Positions 28,265 to 37,620 of a DNA stretch of 64,000 nt are shown here, in pieces. Under the pieces are notes generated by a model. The model worked only from the letters and a program-made list of their open reading frames with translations, made no database searches and had not been told where the DNA came from. The position numbers were made by a program, and so were the translations under genes. Source of the DNA: Acidobacteriota bacterium (GTDB lineage: Bacteria; Acidobacteriota; UBA890; WLXD01); the NCBI GenBank assembly GCA_965205505.1, contig CBDBHB010000007.1, positions 640,001 to 704,000 of the forward strand. Direction: 5' to 3'. Numbering within the stretch: position 1 is the stretch's first letter; each line of letters starts with the position of its first letter.

Positions 28265-30241
28265 TCAGTCGCAGGCGCTGCAGTCGTTGTTGTTGATGCC
28301 GCCCAGGCTCTCCAGCAGCCCGACCGTGTCGGGATAAGGCTGCACTCGCTGGTGCGGGCTGTTGGCCATGTCGACCGTCGTCTGACCCTTGCGGCTCACC
28401 ACCATGATGTCGGCCCCCTGAGAAACCAGATACTCGACGAGCCCGTTGTCGCCTCGCGCTGCGGCGTTGTGCAAGGCTGAGTACCCAGCGTGATCCCGGA
28501 GGTTGACGTCGATCCCGAGCTCCTCGATGAGATACTTCGCTGCCGGAATCCAGCCGTCGGGTACGTAGCGATGCTGCTGTCCGACCCGCGAGGTTCCGTA
28601 GCCCACGCCGGTGGCAGCGTGCAGCGGGTGGACCGCCGGCCCGCCGACGAGCACCGGAGGCAGGCCCGACTTGTCCTCGTCTTCCTCTTCCTCCGCCGCT
28701 TGCTGTGCGCCCGAGCGGCCGGCGCCGTCAGACCGACGACGGCGCTCCGCCGGCTTCTTCGTGCGAATGTTCGGATCCGCGCCCGCTGCCACGAGCATGC
28801 GCATGACGCCAACGTCCAGCGAGTACGCAGCGCGCCAGAAAGGCGTTGCGCCGGCGAAGTCCACTCCCATGCGGCCGGCGTTGTATGCGGCGTACCAGAC
28901 ATGTGTACTGACACGCGCATCGGGGTCGGCGCCGGCACTCAACAACGCGCCCATCAGCTCGACGTACGAGGTCTCCTGCTGCTTGGAGGCCGTCGGCTGC
29001 GGGTACCAGGTACGCAACGCCCATTCGTTGTTGATCGTCGCGAAGAGCGGCCCTACGCCGTCCTCGCTGACCAGGTTGGGATCGGCTCCGACGCCGAGCA
29101 GCATCATAGCGAGGTCGAAATTGCCGTTGATGATGGCCACCAACAGTGGCGTCGAGACGTCGCCAACAGTCGTCTGATTGACGTCGGCTCCGGCCTCGAG
29201 CAGGCGAGAGACCACATCGCTGCGGCCGTCGCGCGTCGCGTAGTGTAGCGCCGTCATGCCACCCTGAGCGCCCACCAGGTCGGTGTATGAGGGTGGCTCC
29301 GGATCTTCCGGCTTGTCGGGTTCCTCCGGCTGCACGGTGTCAGGTTGCTCAGGGTGAGCCGGCTCCGGATCTGCGGCGGTCGTCGGCGAATCCGGATCTT
29401 CCAGCTCGGGGACCGTCGTCGGATGATCGGGCTCGTCCGGGTCGGGACCACTCGGGACTGTCGTCGGATGATCGGGCTCGTCCGGATCCTGAACGTCTGG
29501 CGCCGGCGACGCGGTATCGGGCTCGTCCGGAACGGCGGCCGCGTCGGGCTCTTCGGCTTCCTCGGCTTCTTCGGGCTCTTTGGCAGCCTCGATGAGGCGC
29601 TCCCGGCGGCGACGCTGCGCCGCGTCCACCTCCGCACGCTCGCGGTAGTCGACGACACGGGTGGCCAGGGTGACGTCGGCGCCGGCGGCGAGCAAGGTCT
29701 CGACCGCCGTGGTTCGGCCCTTGGCGGTGGCAAAGATGAGCGGCGTACGATCGGCACGCGTGTCCCTCGCATTGACATCGGCCCCATGCTCGAGCAGGGC
29801 TCGAATGGCCTCGGTGCTGCCCGACTGGGCGGCGAGGTGGATGGCGCCCACACCCGTCGAAGTGAGGGTCTCGGGACGGCTGCCAGCCTCGAGCAACGCC
29901 GCTACGGCCAGCGCGCGCCCTTCGCGGCTGGCCAAGTGCAGCGGCGTGTAGCTACCCAGGCGCGTCGTCGGCTCTACCACCGCACCGGCGTAAATCAGCA
30001 CGCCGATAAGGTCGGTGTCGTCGTTCATCGCGGCCCAGTGCAACGCCGTCATGCCATCGCCGCGCGGCGCGTTCACGTCCGCGCCCGCGCGCAGGAGCGA
30101 GCGAACCGTATCGGCATCGCCGCGCATGGCCGCGTCGGCGACGAGCGCCTCGGCGGGTGGGCCGGCCGGTAGTGCTGCTGCCGCGGAGAGGGCCGGCAAG
30201 GCCAGAGCGCCGAGGGCGACAACGATCAGTCGGTTACGCAT
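28265..30241 (-). CDS. Secreted ankyrin-repeat protein with acidic Pro-rich linker and C-terminal CxxC
   Basis: Multiple G-TALH/TPLH repeats (DGMTALHWAA, YTPLHLAS, GMTALHYA); ends NNDCSACD. Confidence 0.9.
   Translation of the reverse strand: MRNRLIVVALGALALPALSAAAALPAGPPAEALVADAAMRGDADTVRSLLRAGADVNAPRGDGMTALHWAAMNDDTDLIGVLIYAGAVVEPTTRLGSYTPLHLASREGRALAVAALLEAGSRPETLTSTGVGAIHLAAQSGSTEAIRALLEHGADVNARDTRADRTPLIFATAKGRTTAVETLLAAGADVTLATRVVDYRERAEVDAAQRRRRERLIEAAKEPEEAEEAEEPDAAAVPDEPDTASPAPDVQDPDEPDHPTTVPSGPDPDEPDHPTTVPELEDPDSPTTAADPEPAHPEQPDTVQPEEPDKPEDPEPPSYTDLVGAQGGMTALHYATRDGRSDVVSRLLEAGADVNQTTVGDVSTPLLVAIINGNFDLAMMLLGVGADPNLVSEDGVGPLFATINNEWALRTWYPQPTASKQQETSYVELMGALLSAGADPDARVSTHVWYAAYNAGRMGVDFAGATPFWRAAYSLDVGVMRMLVAAGADPNIRTKKPAERRRRSDGAGRSGAQQAAEEEEDEDKSGLPPVLVGGPAVHPLHAATGVGYGTSRVGQQHRYVPDGWIPAAKYLIEELGIDVNLRDHAGYSALHNAAARGDNGLVEYLVSQGADIMVVSRKGQTTVDMANSPHQRVQPYPDTVGLLESLGGINNNDCSACD
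29405..29532. repeat. Intragenic 45-nt-period repeat encoding DPDEPDHPTTVP
   Basis: gtcgtcggatgatcgggctcgtccgg at 29415 and 29460; partial third copy at 29517. Confidence 0.85.
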
Positions 30242-30264
30242 CGGTCACCTCGAGCACGTGTTCT

Positions 30265-31671
30265 TCAGGAGCGCCCCGTAGCGGCCTCGGCGGCGAAGGA
30301 GAACTCGCCGGTACTGTCGCCGAAGCTCTCCAGGTCCGACAGGCCGAGCTTGTTCAACAGGGTCAGCATGACGTTCGCCATCGGCGTGCCTTCTGCGGCG
30401 GCGACGTGCACGCCACCATCCAGCTCGCCGTTGGCACCGCCCAGAAGAATCAGCGGACATCGCCGGTGGTTGTGGAGATTGCTATCGGCCATCGGCGACC
30501 CGTACACGATCAGCGTGTTGTCGAGCAGGTTGCCGTCGCCATCGGCGGTCTCCTGCAGCTTCTGCAGGAAGTAGGGCAGCATGCCGACGTGGTACTCGTT
30601 GATCTTGGCGTAGTCCTTTATCCGGTCCTCGCGACCGCCGTGGTGCGACGCCACGTGGAATCCTTTCTCCACGCCGCTGTCTGGGTAAACCCGGCCCGAA
30701 CCGTCGCGCCCCAGCTTGAGCGAGAACACCCGGGTAATGTCCGAAGAAAAAGCCAGCACCTGCAGATCGAACATCAGCTTGACGTGCTCTTCGAACGAAT
30801 TCGGCACGCCGGCCGGTGCCTCCGGTAGCTCGCGCCGCTCGCCGCTCGTGTTACGTGCCTCGATGCGCTGGATACGCTGCTCGATCTCGCGGATGCTGTC
30901 GACGTAGCGGTCGAGCCGATGCCGGTCGTCGGGGCCGATCTCACGCCGGAGCCCGGCCATCTCCTCGATCACCCAGTCGAGGATGCTGCGATCGGCCCGA
31001 CGACGTGCGGATCGCTGCTCCGGAGTACCACCGGCGCCGAACATCTGCTCGAAAGCGGCGCGCGGATCGCGCACCATCGGCAACGGCTGCGACGGCGACG
31101 CCCAGGAGATCGTGTCGGTATATACGCAGGCATAGCCGTAGGCACATCCACCCGCCTGGTCGACGTTCTCGATGCAAAGCTGCATCGATGGAATGGGCGT
31201 GTCTTGTCCGAAGCGCTGCACGTACAGCTGGTCCATTGAGGTGCCGATGTAGACATCCGACCCTTCCGTGAGCTTCGGATGAGCCTGCGTCAGGAAGACC
31301 GCGCTCGAGCGAAAGTGGTCGCCGCCGATCTCCTCGGGATTCAGGGCATCGGCCATCCTGGCATCGGTGTTGCTGACGATCGTGAGGTAGTCCTGGAACG
31401 GGGTCAGCGGCTTGAGGCTGCCAGGGCTCAGGTCGAAGCCACGACCCACCTTCGCCGGCGCCCAGAGGTTGAGCGACTCGCCGATCTCATTGCAGCCCGC
31501 CGCGCCGTGCACCTGCTCGATACAGACCAGGCGCGTGTGCCCGCCGCCGGCTGTGGTCTCGGCCAGCAGCGCGCCAGCGGGGACCATGGCGTCGAGGAGA
31601 GGCACGCTGACGCTCGCGCCCAGCCCCCGGAGAACCATGCGACGGGATATGTGCTTCTTGGTGAGATACAT
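30265..31671 (-). CDS. DUF1552 family protein (Tat-type leader)
   Basis: ISRRMVLRGLGASVSVPLLDAM, CAYGYACVYTDTISW, LLDNTLIVYGSPMADSNLH. Confidence 0.85.
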   Translation of the reverse strand: MYLTKKHISRRMVLRGLGASVSVPLLDAMVPAGALLAETTAGGGHTRLVCIEQVHGAAGCNEIGESLNLWAPAKVGRGFDLSPGSLKPLTPFQDYLTIVSNTDARMADALNPEEIGGDHFRSSAVFLTQAHPKLTEGSDVYIGTSMDQLYVQRFGQDTPIPSMQLCIENVDQAGGCAYGYACVYTDTISWASPSQPLPMVRDPRAAFEQMFGAGGTPEQRSARRRADRSILDWVIEEMAGLRREIGPDDRHRLDRYVDSIREIEQRIQRIEARNTSGERRELPEAPAGVPNSFEEHVKLMFDLQVLAFSSDITRVFSLKLGRDGSGRVYPDSGVEKGFHVASHHGGREDRIKDYAKINEYHVGMLPYFLQKLQETADGDGNLLDNTLIVYGSPMADSNLHNHRRCPLILLGGANGELDGGVHVAAAEGTPMANVMLTLLNKLGLSDLESFGDSTGEFSFAAEAATGRS

Positions 31672-31680
31672 CGCTGGCCT

Positions 31681-34149
31681 CTACTCGATTCCGTCGGCCG
31701 TTGCGGCCCGCGTTCTACTCATCAGAAACGCCGTGCTCTTGGCGACGCCCATTACGAAGGACGACATCGGGTACCTGTCCTTTTCCGCCTCGCGAACGAT
31801 CTGCCGGATCGCAGGCATATCGTTATACTCTACCCGGCGGCCGAGAGCATAGGCCATCAGACTCTCCGTGAAAAATGTGACGAACACGTCCGAGCGGCTC
31901 AGCAATGCCTCGCGCAGATCGCTGGGACCATTGATCGGCGTCCCATCGTAGAGCTGGCCGGAGGCATCGACGGGGACGCCCCGGTCGCGAATGCGCCAGG
32001 CGCCGGTGACGTCGAAGTTGTCGAGCGCCAGCCCGATCGGGTCGATGACGTTGTGACACGAGCTGCAAGCCGGGTTGGCGCGGTGCTCGGCGAGCTGTTC
32101 GCGAACCGACAGGAATCGATCGCCCTTCACACTGTCGGTCTCCTCGAGGTCGGGAATATTGGGCGGGGGCGGCGGCGGCGGGCTACCGAGCAGAACCTCC
32201 ATGATCCATTTGCCGCGCAGCACCGGCGAGGTTCGGTTGGCGTGCGAGGTAAGCGTGAGGATGCTGCCGTGCCCCAGGACACCGCGTCGTCGATCGTCCG
32301 TGTAGGCGACGCGGCGGAACTCGTTGCCGTTGACACCCGGCATCCCGTAGTGACGTGCCAAGCGCTCGTTCACGAACGTGTAGTCGGCAGTCAACAACTC
32401 GAGCACGCTGCGATCCTCGCGCACCAGGAACGAGAACAGCATCTCGGTCTCGCGCTGCATCGCCTCGGCGAGCGTGTGATCGAAATACGGATAGCTAAGG
32501 GCGTCCGGATGAACTTTCTGGAGATCCTGCAAGCGCAGCCACTGGGCGGCGAAGCGGGTGGCCAGCGCCTCGGACCGCGCGTCTGCCAGCATCCGCCGCA
32601 CCTGACTTTCGAGCACCTGCGGCTTGGAGAGCTCGCGGCGCGCGGCCAGGTCGACGAGCTCCTGATCGGGCGGCGCACCCCAGAGAAAGAACGAGAGTCG
32701 CGAAGCGAGGGCAACATCGCCGATCCGATAAACGTCCCCCGAGCTCGACCGTTTGGGCGCCGCTTCCATGCGGAAAACGAAGTGTGGGCTTGCCAGCAGC
32801 GCTTGCAGGGCCATGCGGATGCCGCCCTCGAAGCCACCCTGCGCCGCCCCTTGCTCGTAGAACCGCATCAAGCCCGCCAGGTCGCCCTCGCGCAGCGGCC
32901 GCCGGTAGGTCTGCGAAGCCAGGCGGGCCAGAATGCTCTCGGCGCACGGAACGGCCTCGTCGGGCGCCGTCGGGCGACAGGTGAAGATACGTCGCCGAGT
33001 GGGCGTCTCGGACACGCCGGTCACCTCGAACGGCCCCACGATCGAGAAGTTGCTCAGATGTGGCAGGGTAGTGATACCGTACCCGAGGCCGATCTGCTGG
33101 TCGGCCAGCGTGTGGTCGATCGGCGTGATGAGGTCGTCTTCCGGACCGTCGTCGCGGCGAATGAACGCCACCGCCACCTGCCGTGGGCCCGCTCGAATGT
33201 CGATCGGCTCGGTGACGATGGTGGCACCGCCGGCGTCCGATTCAGACATCCACCGGTCGAGCTCCACGAGCGCAACCCGGGCGCCGTCGATCGAGATGTC
33301 GATCGCCTCGCCCAGGGAAGTGCGACCGAACAGCTCCCCCTCGGGTGCCACATGTGGCATGACGCGAAACTCGTACTTGCCGTCGGCCGGGAAGTTGTGG
33401 ATTACGGAGATTCCGCCGCGCGTACCGTAGGGTGTTCCCTCGACGTGCTCCTTCTGCGACGCCGTGCGCGGCATGGCGTACACGGTGGAAGCGGAGTCGG
33501 CCTTGGCGTCGCCCAGCGCGGTGCGGCTGATGTGTCCAGCGGCGCGCAGGTAGCCTTCCATCAGCGTCGCCGAGGGCATCTGGACGTCGGCAATGTTGTC
33601 GAAGCTGGCGCTCTTGGTATCGAGCGGCAGAAAGGCACCAACGTCGATGTCGATCCCCAGCAAATCGCGAACCGATGCAGCGTACTCGGCGCGGTTGAGC
33701 CGCTGGAACGTCCTGCGGCCGGGCTCGGGATCCGCCGCAGCGGCCTCGTCGATGGTGCTCTCGAGCGCCGCAACCAGCGCCTCTACGACGGCTCGATCCG
33801 GCCGCCGGGCGGTCGGCGGCGGCATCATGCCGGCACGCAGCTTACGGATCATCTTCTCGGTGATCTCGGCACGCTCGTCGGCACGCGCCGAATCGAACGA
33901 CTCGAGGGTCAGCCCGCCGGTGAGTGACCCGTCATTGTGGCAGCGCACGCAAAACCGTCCGATCGTCTGATTCTGGTCATCGTAGGACGTCCGCTGCTCG
34001 GGGTTCCGCGACGGCGCGCGCGTCATCGAGACCGGCGGCTCGCTGGAACCCGGAGGCGCTTGCGCGAGGCGTCGTGCCGCACCGACGTCGACCGTAAGCC
34101 CGAGCAACAGGAGCGCGCAGATGGGTACTGCGAAGATCAGTTCCCTCAT
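31681..34149 (-). CDS. Cytochrome c + PSD domains (DUF1587/1595/1592/1588/1585) protein
   Basis: CVRCH and CSSCH haem motifs, RLNRAEYA, LASRLSFFLW, RTSPVLRGKW; ATG 34149 with GAGG RBS. Confidence 0.88.
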   Translation of the reverse strand: MRELIFAVPICALLLLGLTVDVGAARRLAQAPPGSSEPPVSMTRAPSRNPEQRTSYDDQNQTIGRFCVRCHNDGSLTGGLTLESFDSARADERAEITEKMIRKLRAGMMPPPTARRPDRAVVEALVAALESTIDEAAAADPEPGRRTFQRLNRAEYAASVRDLLGIDIDVGAFLPLDTKSASFDNIADVQMPSATLMEGYLRAAGHISRTALGDAKADSASTVYAMPRTASQKEHVEGTPYGTRGGISVIHNFPADGKYEFRVMPHVAPEGELFGRTSLGEAIDISIDGARVALVELDRWMSESDAGGATIVTEPIDIRAGPRQVAVAFIRRDDGPEDDLITPIDHTLADQQIGLGYGITTLPHLSNFSIVGPFEVTGVSETPTRRRIFTCRPTAPDEAVPCAESILARLASQTYRRPLREGDLAGLMRFYEQGAAQGGFEGGIRMALQALLASPHFVFRMEAAPKRSSSGDVYRIGDVALASRLSFFLWGAPPDQELVDLAARRELSKPQVLESQVRRMLADARSEALATRFAAQWLRLQDLQKVHPDALSYPYFDHTLAEAMQRETEMLFSFLVREDRSVLELLTADYTFVNERLARHYGMPGVNGNEFRRVAYTDDRRRGVLGHGSILTLTSHANRTSPVLRGKWIMEVLLGSPPPPPPPNIPDLEETDSVKGDRFLSVREQLAEHRANPACSSCHNVIDPIGLALDNFDVTGAWRIRDRGVPVDASGQLYDGTPINGPSDLREALLSRSDVFVTFFTESLMAYALGRRVEYNDMPAIRQIVREAEKDRYPMSSFVMGVAKSTAFLMSRTRAATADGIE

Positions 34150-34156
34150 GCCACCT

Positions 34157-34187
34157 CTAGCAGGCCGTGGTGGAAGTGTGGCGGGCC
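34157..34187 (+). repeat. 31-bp CTAG-capped repeat, copy D
   Basis: ctagcaggccgtggtggaagtgtggcgggcc, abutting the RBS of the PSD gene. Confidence 0.9.
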
Positions 34188-34373
34188 TGGTTACGGCGGA
34201 GCGGCACACTACGGCGGAACAGGTGGAGCACCCTACAACCGGCGCGCTCGCTGGCCAATCTGGAACCATACACCACCCGAATTCTACCGGGTACGTCCCC
34301 GATCGCCAGAGCCCGCCACCGCACCTTGCAGGTACGGCGCGACCCGCCAACACGGTGCCGCGGGCCTGGGCAC

Positions 34374-34399
34374 GAAACCCTTTTGCCCCCGCGTCCGTT
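34374..34399 (+). promoter_or_regulatory. Candidate ECF promoter upstream of the permease remnant
   Basis: GAAAC-N17-CGTT. Confidence 0.45.
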
Positions 34400-34452
34400 C
34401 TCGATAACAGGAAAGCGCGCAACTGAACCGAACGGGACCCGGGAATCGATCG

Positions 34453-34700
34453 ATGGACAGCCTCTGGCACGACGTTCGCGAGCTTGATGGCGCACGACAT
34501 AACGGTGGTGGGCCTGGCCGAGGGCGACGCGACACAGCGGATTTTCGCCGAATTCGCCTCCCACGACTATCTGGAGACTTTTGGCGTCGAAACGTTCCGC
34601 GGGCGGTTCTTCACACAGTCCGAGGAAGCTCCGGAATCCGGCAGCCGCATCGCTGCTCGCCACCTACCTGCCGGCGCGACGGGCGGCGAATGTCGCCCCG
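34453..34700 (+). pseudogene. Remnant of an ADOP-like permease gene
   Basis: MDSLWHDVR (typical N-terminus) jumps frame into ATQRIFAEFASHDYLETFGVETFRGRFFTQSEE (MacB periplasmic segment), then homology is lost. 3' end approximate. Confidence 0.65.
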
Positions 34701-34788
34701 ATCACGGCGCTACGGCAACAGTAAGGAACGACGGATCGCCCACGGCAGGCGGTCACCGTCGCGTGCCGCAGGCAGCCTGAGCGCAGTC

Positions 34789-36408
34789 TTACTGCCCGGC
34801 AGGCCGTGGTGGAAGTGGGGCGGGCCTGCCAGGCTCGGTGAACAACACCGCCTCCGGCGGTTGTTCCGGAATCGGCTCCACGTATCGAGACTCGCCCTCG
34901 TACACGCTGCGGTCGCCGTTCGGAGCCCAGCGGCCCCAGATCGCCCGCACTATATCGTCTGTCAGGTTCACCATCCGGTGCATCGTATTCGGGGCGATGT
35001 AGATCACCTCGCCCGGCGCGGCGAGGAAGGTGTCATTGCCGAGGGTCCACTCGGCCTGCCCGTCGACGACGACGTAGAACTCCGGTACCGGGTGAGCGTG
35101 ACCGGCGTAAATCGCCCGCGGCGCGAGCTCCCAAAAGCCGACGTGCAAGTCGTCGTCGGGAATCGACTCGCCGCCGATGATTCTGTTTGAGCGCCGCTCG
35201 CCAACCTCCGAGGTCGACCAGCCAACCTGCGCCACGTTGACGTGCGCTGGCGGCGCGGAATTCTCCGACACCGGGTGCGCCAGATAGACATCGGCCACCT
35301 GCAGTGCGAAATCCTCGGGCACGATCTCGCCCATGTTGCACATCACCCAGAAGGAGAGCTGCTGGTCGGCAAAGCGAACGTAGTGCGCCTTGAACCCCAT
35401 GAACGATCCGCCGTGGCCGAGAGTTCGGAGACCGCGATGCTCGTCTTCTCGAATCGCGAACGCGTAGTCGAGGCGCTCGCCGCTGTTGAGCACGCCCTTG
35501 CCGTGCATGACTTCCATGAAGTCTGGCCCGCCCAAGCGGTTGTCGAGGAAGTTGCGGTCCCAACGCACGAAGTCCTCAACCGTGGTGTACAGACCTCCAG
35601 CGCCGGGAAGCGCGAAGTTCCCTTGGTAGCTTTGGATGTAACGGTTCGCGCCTTCGTCGCCCGCATCCGGCGACGGCATGTAACTCATGGCGCGGTTCTT
35701 GACCACGTGCACCGGGTCGTCGTGAAAGTGCGTGTCGTGCATACCGAGCGGCTCGAAGATCTTCTCGCGGGTGTACTCACGCAGGCTCTTGCCACTGGCC
35801 CGCTGCACGATCATCGACAACAGAAAGTAACCGCCGTTGGAGTATTGGTATTGGTGGCCGGGCGGGAAGTCGAGCTCCTGGCGCGAGAGTAGCTCCAAGG
35901 CCTTCTCCCGACTGAACAGGTCCCACGTCGTGAGCCCGTTCTCGCGCATCACCCGGTACATGTCGGGCACGCCGCTGGTGTGGTGCACCAGCTGACGTAT
36001 GGTTACCGGCGGCTCGCGGTGGGGCATCTTCGGCAGGTGTTCGCGGACGTCGTCGTCGAGGTCGAGCTTACCCTCGTGAGCCAGCAGCGCGATCGCCGCA
36101 GCGGTGAACTGCTTGGAGATGGAGCCGACGTAGATGACGGTCGTCGGGCTCATCGGGATATCCCAATCGAGATTGGCGTACCCGTAGCCCTTCTTGTAGA
36201 TGAGCTGGCCTTGATGAGCCACACCCAGGGCACACCCCACCGACCCAGGCGCATCGAACCGCGCGAACACCGCGTCCACCTCGCCAGGGTCCGGGAGGCG
36301 CAACCGCATGGGTCCGTTCTCCTGGCCTTCTCCAACGCTCGGAGCTGCCAAGAGTAAGGCCGTCACGACGACGGCAACTGGCATGACGGGAACGCGTATC
36401 GACCTCAT
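34789..36408 (-). CDS. Secreted beta-lactamase-family serine hydrolase fused to a C-terminal cupin
   Basis: AAGGAG RBS and ATG 36408; GSISKQF (SxxK), YSN, HGG; then GFWELAP..HAHPVPEFY..GEVIYIAPNTMH cupin motifs. Confidence 0.85.
   Translation of the reverse strand: MRSIRVPVMPVAVVVTALLLAAPSVGEGQENGPMRLRLPDPGEVDAVFARFDAPGSVGCALGVAHQGQLIYKKGYGYANLDWDIPMSPTTVIYVGSISKQFTAAAIALLAHEGKLDLDDDVREHLPKMPHREPPVTIRQLVHHTSGVPDMYRVMRENGLTTWDLFSREKALELLSRQELDFPPGHQYQYSNGGYFLLSMIVQRASGKSLREYTREKIFEPLGMHDTHFHDDPVHVVKNRAMSYMPSPDAGDEGANRYIQSYQGNFALPGAGGLYTTVEDFVRWDRNFLDNRLGGPDFMEVMHGKGVLNSGERLDYAFAIREDEHRGLRTLGHGGSFMGFKAHYVRFADQQLSFWVMCNMGEIVPEDFALQVADVYLAHPVSENSAPPAHVNVAQVGWSTSEVGERRSNRIIGGESIPDDDLHVGFWELAPRAIYAGHAHPVPEFYVVVDGQAEWTLGNDTFLAAPGEVIYIAPNTMHRMVNLTDDIVRAIWGRWAPNGDRSVYEGESRYVEPIPEQPPEAVLFTEPGRPAPLPPRPAGQ
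34796..34826 (+). repeat. 31-bp repeat, copy E (inside the last codons of the hydrolase-cupin gene)
   Basis: ccggcaggccgtggtggaagtggggcgggcc; 28/31 identical to copy D. Confidence 0.85.
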
Positions 36409-36458
36409 GCTGTTCTCCTTAGATCCGTGGCACCGACGGGTTGTCGGCCCACACGTTT

Positions 36459-37565
36459 TTAATCCAGCTCGCTGATCTGACGCTCGGCGCCGGCGAGCCA
36501 CTCGGGGTTGATCTCGACACCCCAACCCGGGCCGTCGGGGATCTGCACCATACCGTCGACTGCCTCCAGTGCTGGCGTATAGAGGCCTTCCTGCCACGGG
36601 TAGTACTCGGTCGGCTCGATGGAGAATTCCACGTACGGCCCGGCGTTCTCGATGGCTCCCATCATGTGGAGCGTAAACACCGTGACCATCGACAGGTTGG
36701 CCGAGTGCGGGACGCAGGGCACCCCGGCCTCGTTGGCCATCGCCGCCACCCGCAGGGTTCGGGTGAGGCCGCCTAGATAGCAGACGTCGGGCTGCACGAT
36801 GTTGAAAGCGCGCGCCTCCAGGATGCGGCGCCACTGCGAGACGGAGCAGTCTTGCTCGCCCCCGGCAACCGGCACCTCGGTGGCGCGGGTCACCTCGGCG
36901 GTCCACTCGAACTCCCAATACGGGCAGGGTTCCTCGTAGTGGCACACGCCGTGGTCGGCGAGCATGCGGCCAACCTCGATGGCCTTCTTGGGGGTGTAGG
37001 CGCAGTTGGCGTCGACCAGCAGGGAGACGTCGTTACCGAGCGCGTTCCGTACCTGCGATACGACCGCCTCGGTACGACCCGGCCACTCGTCCTCGTCGTG
37101 ACCGCACTCCTTGCCAATGCGGATCTTGAAGGCGTTGAAGCCATGTTGGTCGCGCAGCCTCACCAGGCGCTGGGCTTCGTCCTCGGGTGTGATGTCGCGG
37201 CGCATGCTGGCGCCATACACAGCCAACGGGCGCGGCGTGCCGCCGAGAAGCTCACACACGCTCTTACCCTCGCGCTTGCCGCGCAGATCCCACAGCGCCG
37301 TGTCGAGACCGGTCAACGCCCGGCGCACGTATGAGCCGGGGAACTTGAACTCGATCTCGACAATGCGGTCGAGCAACGCATCGATGTCGCCAACATCCTC
37401 ACCGAGCGCGTAGGGCGCGACCTGGCGGTGTACTACCCGCGCAGCAATATCGGCGTTGTAGGGCGACAGCTGACCCCAGCCCTCCGCACCGTCGTCGGCG
37501 AGCAGCCGCACGATGCTGATGAACTCGTTGCTGAAGGTCTCGATGCTGTGGATCTTGGGAGACAC
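36459..37565 (-). CDS. Mandelate racemase/muconate lactonizing enzyme family
   Basis: [38 protein letters not shown]. Confidence 0.9.
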   Translation of the reverse strand: MSPKIHSIETFSNEFISIVRLLADDGAEGWGQLSPYNADIAARVVHRQVAPYALGEDVGDIDALLDRIVEIEFKFPGSYVRRALTGLDTALWDLRGKREGKSVCELLGGTPRPLAVYGASMRRDITPEDEAQRLVRLRDQHGFNAFKIRIGKECGHDEDEWPGRTEAVVSQVRNALGNDVSLLVDANCAYTPKKAIEVGRMLADHGVCHYEEPCPYWEFEWTAEVTRATEVPVAGGEQDCSVSQWRRILEARAFNIVQPDVCYLGGLTRTLRVAAMANEAGVPCVPHSANLSMVTVFTLHMMGAIENAGPYVEFSIEPTEYYPWQEGLYTPALEAVDGMVQIPDGPGWGVEINPEWLAGAERQISELD

Positions 37566-37620
37566 GGGCGCTCCTGGTGACCGGTGGTCTAGTGTCCTGC
37601 GGCGACGCGCCAACGATCGC

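Noticed and set aside
31279-33927. Long antisense ORFs (882 aa here; also 5561..7102 and 39972..41144)
   Set aside because: Shadow ORFs opposite real genes, typical of high-GC codon usage; no recognisable motifs.
541-34826. 31-bp repeats as a CRISPR array or integron attC sites
   Set aside because: Copies are dispersed and in both orientations, with no regular spacers, no cas or intI gene, and no RYYYAAC/GTTRRRY ends.
36409-36945. 718-aa version of the hydrolase-cupin ORF
   Set aside because: The extension overlaps the enolase-superfamily gene; AAGGAG and a signal peptide mark ATG 36408.
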